Notes under the pieces: generated by a model | Database searches by the model: none | What the model was told of the DNA's origin: nothing | What the model saw: only the letters and a program-made list of their open reading frames with translations | NCBI GenBank assembly: GCA_001244265.2 | Contig: CDLV01000012.1 | Location: 1,426,001-1,490,000, forward strand | DNA length: 64,000 nt | Direction: 5' to 3' | Source: Microbotryum violaceum | Taxonomy: Eukaryota | Program-made: the position numbers and the translations under genes | In this document: positions 59,575 to 64,000 of the stretch, one piece after another | How the letters are laid out: every line of letters begins with the position of its first letter | Numbering within the stretch: the first letter of the stretch is position 1

Positions 59575-61749
59575 TTGGAATGCTTTCAAAAACCAAGATC
59601 CCCTTCGCTTTCCCTCATTTTGCCCTCACCGCCCCACCTTGTGTCATCTTTTCGTGCTCAGCTCGCCGTCGACACTACTCGCCGATGTCCGGCTCGCGGC
59701 ACCTTTCTCACTTGCTAGCTAAAGCCGCCTTGTGCTCCTTTCTTCTTTCTCTGTGAGGTGGTCTTAGTTGATGTTGTCTTGAGCGCCACCCCATATACTC
59801 CCACTGTTGACACCACTGCTCTGTAGATAATAATCGTTGTTGCAAAGTTCTAGTCACGTCCAGTTGATGAAACCTCTCCAGCTTTGTTGCGTTCTCTCTT
59901 CGTGACAGCACAAACTACACTGGAATTATCCAAAGCAACTTGACAACTCCGAGCACCTAGCTGTACGCGGCTCAGATTACATTAAGGTAAGTACTGCAAG
60001 CCCGGTACCTATACATGTTCTCGGACACTGGCCCACTTCCTACTTGCACCCGTCAAAACACGAGCGGTGTGCCAGGCTGTTTGTGTTTCGTCGACAGCCC
60101 CCACAGGCTGGCGACTCGTGCGTCCCAGCTGGGCTGCAATCGCCGAGTCGAGCCCGAGAATATCGATTATTGCAGGCCACGCGCAACAAGTTGTCAACCC
60201 CGAATTAGGTCGCTTCGCAGTGTAAACTCAGTTTTTTTTTCTGCATTGACGAGGGCAGCAGGTCAAACCTGTGGGGGTCGGCTCCTGTCGGCATTTCCGA
60301 GAATGCTAGGCGATAGTGGCACCGTCCACGTGTCGAATCTCGAACTCGACCATGTTCGATCGTGCACTCGAAACTACTACTATACCGTCTGCGATGCTGA
60401 CGTCCCGTAGTACATTCGTGTAGTCACGGGAAGTAAAATAAAATACCCAGGTGTCTCGACGAGTAGAAGTGCTATCCCGGGGCCTAGAACTGCTGGTGGG
60501 CCCACCTATTTATTGCCAGAATATGATGCGACGGTCTCAGAAGAAGCAAGAAGAACGCCCCGGAGTTGGCGAATGATGACGTGGGGCGCCCTTCGTCGCC
60601 AGGCGCCGCATTGACGGACTGAAAGGCGCGTGGGGAGCTCAGGCTGACGGCAAGTCGGCGGCCCGGCGTCGCACCCGATTCGCGACTGCGATTTTGTGCG
60701 AAAGACTAGTAGTAATAGTCAGTCGGCCCGAACTCGATTTTTTCGAGTGATTGTTTGTGACGCCACTGGCAGCTCGAACGTATTCCTGCTCCAGGTCAAA
60801 GGGTAAGCAAGTGGCTCATCATGAAGGAAGAGTGGAGTGTGCGGCCACAGTGGTGTCACCTGCTAGGCGGCTGCGAAGAGTGTCATTGCGATAGCCGGAA
60901 GCCGGAAAAGCTTCAAGTAGTGCCGCACGATACCTGGGCACGGCCTTTCTGCCTTCGGACGCCGAGGTAGATCATTTCCTTGACTTGGTCGACTTTCAAT
61001 TTGGCGGTGGAGACGGCGCCTCCCGATCGCACTTCGCGAACCGCCACTCGCCTGGGGGCGCACGCGCGAGCGTCGGCTGCGCGCAGCGGTCGGCGTCCGC
61101 CGTAATCCCGTCCGCTAACCTTGTAACCTGGTAACCTTGTCCAAATGAAAACCACGCGATCACTTTCGTTCACTTCGGCGTGATCGGGAGCCTTCGCCAG
61201 GCTCTAGTCGAGAAGGTGCACCGAGGAAACAGTTGCTCTCTAGCTTCCCCCGACCCTTGAGACGTTGCAAAGCAGTGCAAAACCTCGACCTAGAAGGATC
61301 TATTCTCGTCTCGACCCCAGCCTGACCAATTCGAACCACTTTATCGCCGTTCCAAGCGCCCGTTGACGAGGCTGGGCTGCGAGCTACAGGCTTGGGCGTG
61401 CGAGCTCTCTGGTTCTTCTCTCGCCACTGGCCGGCTGTCCGCTGCATCGTACGGCTTGGCCAGCGCTTCTTAGTCTTTCTTAGATGTCTGAGACACTTTT
61501 ATAGCTTTAACATGCAACGTCATAGGGTTCACCGCGATGCATAGAGCCGATATGGGAGCCAGCTTGCAAGCAAACAACAGGTTGGCCGCCCGAAATAAAA
61601 GAATCGAGCCCAGTAGAGAAGACCAAAAATGGACACTGTCTCAACTGCGATGGGGTACTACTCGTATCACAAACAACAACAGGAAGAAAAAAAAACCGTA
61701 AAAAACATTATGATTGGCGCTACTGAAGTGAGAGTGGTCTGCTGTTGTA

Positions 61750-63785
61750 TCATAGCCTCAAGCCACGACCGCTCGGTGGCGGCATCGTGCTCGGCAAACT
61801 TTTGCCTCTCATGGGGAACGGTAGGGGAGGATGGTCCAGTGCATCGTACCAGGCGTACAGCACTCCGCCTGTAAGCGTGAGAGCAACTCCGAGGAAGTTG
61901 ATGATCGAGAGGGGAAGCGCAAAGACGATGACCGATACGACGATCGTGAACGCTTGAGAGGCATGGGCTGTGGCAAAAAATAAATGATGTTGCCCAACCA
62001 ATGTTCAGAGCGCGAGGTCAGCGCCACAACCCCGAACACGGTGAACAAGCATCGCGCGCAGTCTGGATAGGAACCACGCACCAGAGATAGCAGGAGCAGG
62101 TGCTTGCACTCGCTCCTCCGCCTTGAGAGTGGCGAATATGTTGCCCGCGGACAGCAAGCCCGCGGCGACGATCGCCAGGAGGTGCCCCTGGGTCAACTCC
62201 GGGCCCACGAGAAAGTCGAGGAAGGATCCAAGCTCGCCTCCAAGGATCGCAAAGATGGCATAATGGACGATGGAAAGAGGAGCTATGCGTGATACTAGGT
62301 CCAAAGTGCCGAGGCCCCATCGCTCCGTCAAGAGGTGAGTCGTAATCAGCGACTTGATGGAGAGCAAGATCGCCGAGGTGAAAACGAGGAACGAGCCAAA
62401 CGAATGGATATCGAGGTTCAGCGAGGTCAGAACGACTCCCAAAATGACGAGGAGGAATGTCGAGGTCGTTCGCATCGAGGTTCGCTCTTTGAAGAAGACG
62501 ACCGAGAGTGCGAGGGTAAGGATCGGTGACAAAGCTCGAACCGACAGATGAAACTGCACGGAGCGGTGGCGCGCAGTACCCAAGTCAGTGTCCGAGTCCT
62601 GCAACTGCCAGACGTCCTTCCCGAGCTTCCCGAACTTCCCGAGCTTTGACTCACCGGAACCGTCACTGAGCGTAGACTCAGCGTCGAAGTCAACTCCTCG
62701 ACTGAGAAAAGCAAGGCTAGAAAGCGCAACGTTGTCTCGCGCTTGTGCGTCAACCGAGTGGCTCGAAAGGTGCCGGTCCGCCGAGCGATGTGGGTCGCAA
62801 AGGTGGCAAATCCGGCTTGCGTACCCAGAAGTATGAAGGGGAAGGGAAACATGCCTTCTGGCTGTCTCAGCAAGAGCTTGCGCGAGATGGTGAAGGTGAT
62901 CGACATGAGGAAGAAAGTGATGATGGCCGGGTCGAGTTGAGCAACGAACAGTGCGCTGGCCTTCATCGGTTGCAACAGTAGCTCGGGATCGACCAACGCC
63001 GTCGTTGAGAAGCGCTTTCCATTGATAGTCGGTGTGAAAGCAGTGAAGAAGGCGGCCACGTCTGGAGTACGAGGCAGCGCAAATATGGGTGAGCTCGTTG
63101 GTGCCAACAAAGACGCGGAACTGGAGGTCGATTTTGGCGTCGGAGACTCGGATGTCGGCATCAGGGTGGAAACGAACTTGCTCTTCGATGTGGGTATCGC
63201 CAACATGCTAGGCTTGGGAGATGTCGACGGCCGGTCGCTGGAGCTGACGTGGGATGCGTCACTGACGCTGTCTTCCGGAGAGAACGATCTCCGAAAATTC
63301 GAGGCTGGGGAGGAAATAGAGCCATTCAGGGTCACATGGGAAGGCGATTTGATGAATTGCGTTTTCATGTACGTGATGCCATGGTCCACATCTTGAGATT
63401 CGTGCAAGTCGGTGACTGAGCTGGCTCGCGAGTGGGTCGAGCCCAACATCGGCAGGGCCGCGATCGCACTCAAAGCCGCATAAGCGTGTGCATTGCTCGA
63501 CCTGTCCGAAGCACCCTCCTGGTCACGTATTGGCTCAGCACTGATGGAGTGGCGAGGTCGGAATGCGCGTAGTAGCGTGTCGTCGGATGTCGTGGCCGCC
63601 GATCGGTGGCTCTCCGTCTCTTGCGAAGGCCGGCCATCTCCGACGCGACTTGAAATGATTGACGCGTCCACGGCGAGGGTCGCACCACTGGCAGGGCCCG
63701 GCTCCGACTCGAGCGCGGAAAGCGGGTCTTGCGAATTTCGATGGCCTCGGTGGTCACCATCGAACCGGTTGTCGGCCACCTTCAT
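61750..63785 (-). CDS. TPT / nucleotide-sugar transporter (DMT family) with long Ser-rich N-terminus
   Basis: FPFPFILLG, SLRSVTVP/FHLSVRALSPILTL, hydrophobic helices and NFLGVALTLTGGVLY. Confidence 0.8.
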
Positions 63786-64000
63786 GGCGTGCTGGAGAGC
63801 TCGAACGGCATGTGACGCGTGGGATCCTGAGAGTCGTGGCCGAGTAAGAGTCGGGCCGGCGCGAACTGAATCACATCACACTCCGCGCGACGCGGTTCCG
63901 CGTTCCAGTACGGTGATCATAAGTTTCTGCAGTGTTCTGTCACCTAAATAATGATAGCCAAAGAACAGATACCAGTCGGCGCCGCTGTACAAAGCGGCCC

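Noticed and set aside
60573..60622. Box C/D snoRNA (ATGATGA...CTGA)
   Set aside because: Only about 50 nt, with no convincing terminal stem or recognisable rRNA guide.
60860..61450. Minus-strand fragments (KLKVDQVKEMIYLG, faintly SAP-like)
   Set aside because: Too short and broken across frames to support a gene call.

Overview
Eukaryotic, intron-rich fungal DNA. GT(R/C)AGT donors, CTRAC branch points and the gene content suggest a basidiomycete, possibly Microbotryomycetes; this is inference only. From left to right the window holds: a decayed Helitron with an intact 3' end; PRP3 (-); an RCC1-like repeat gene (+); an apparently intact telomerase reverse transcriptase gene (-); a full-length but disrupted L1/Tx1-clade LINE head-to-head with TERT; a possible decayed gene; a Zn2Cys6 transcription factor (+); a TMEM135-like gene (-); a 1.2-kb non-autonomous TIR element containing a solo-LTR-like element and a diverged 3' fragment of the same LINE family; adenylate cyclase (+); an LRR protein (-); a GH13 alpha-glucosidase (-); a second solo-LTR-like copy; an MFS transporter (-); a secreted GH128 glucanase (-); a third LTR relic; a probably pseudogenised secreted Cys-rich protein (+); and a TPT-family transporter (-). 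No rRNA, tRNA or CRISPR array was recognised. The best leads are the nested TIR element with possible target-site preference of the short LTR family, conserved RNA hairpins in the LINE 3' UTR, the TERT/LINE arrangement, a non-canonical TERT T-motif, and a predicted 7-nt microexon in PRP3. I cannot demonstrate a new system from the sequence alone. Exon boundaries were read by eye and are approximate.
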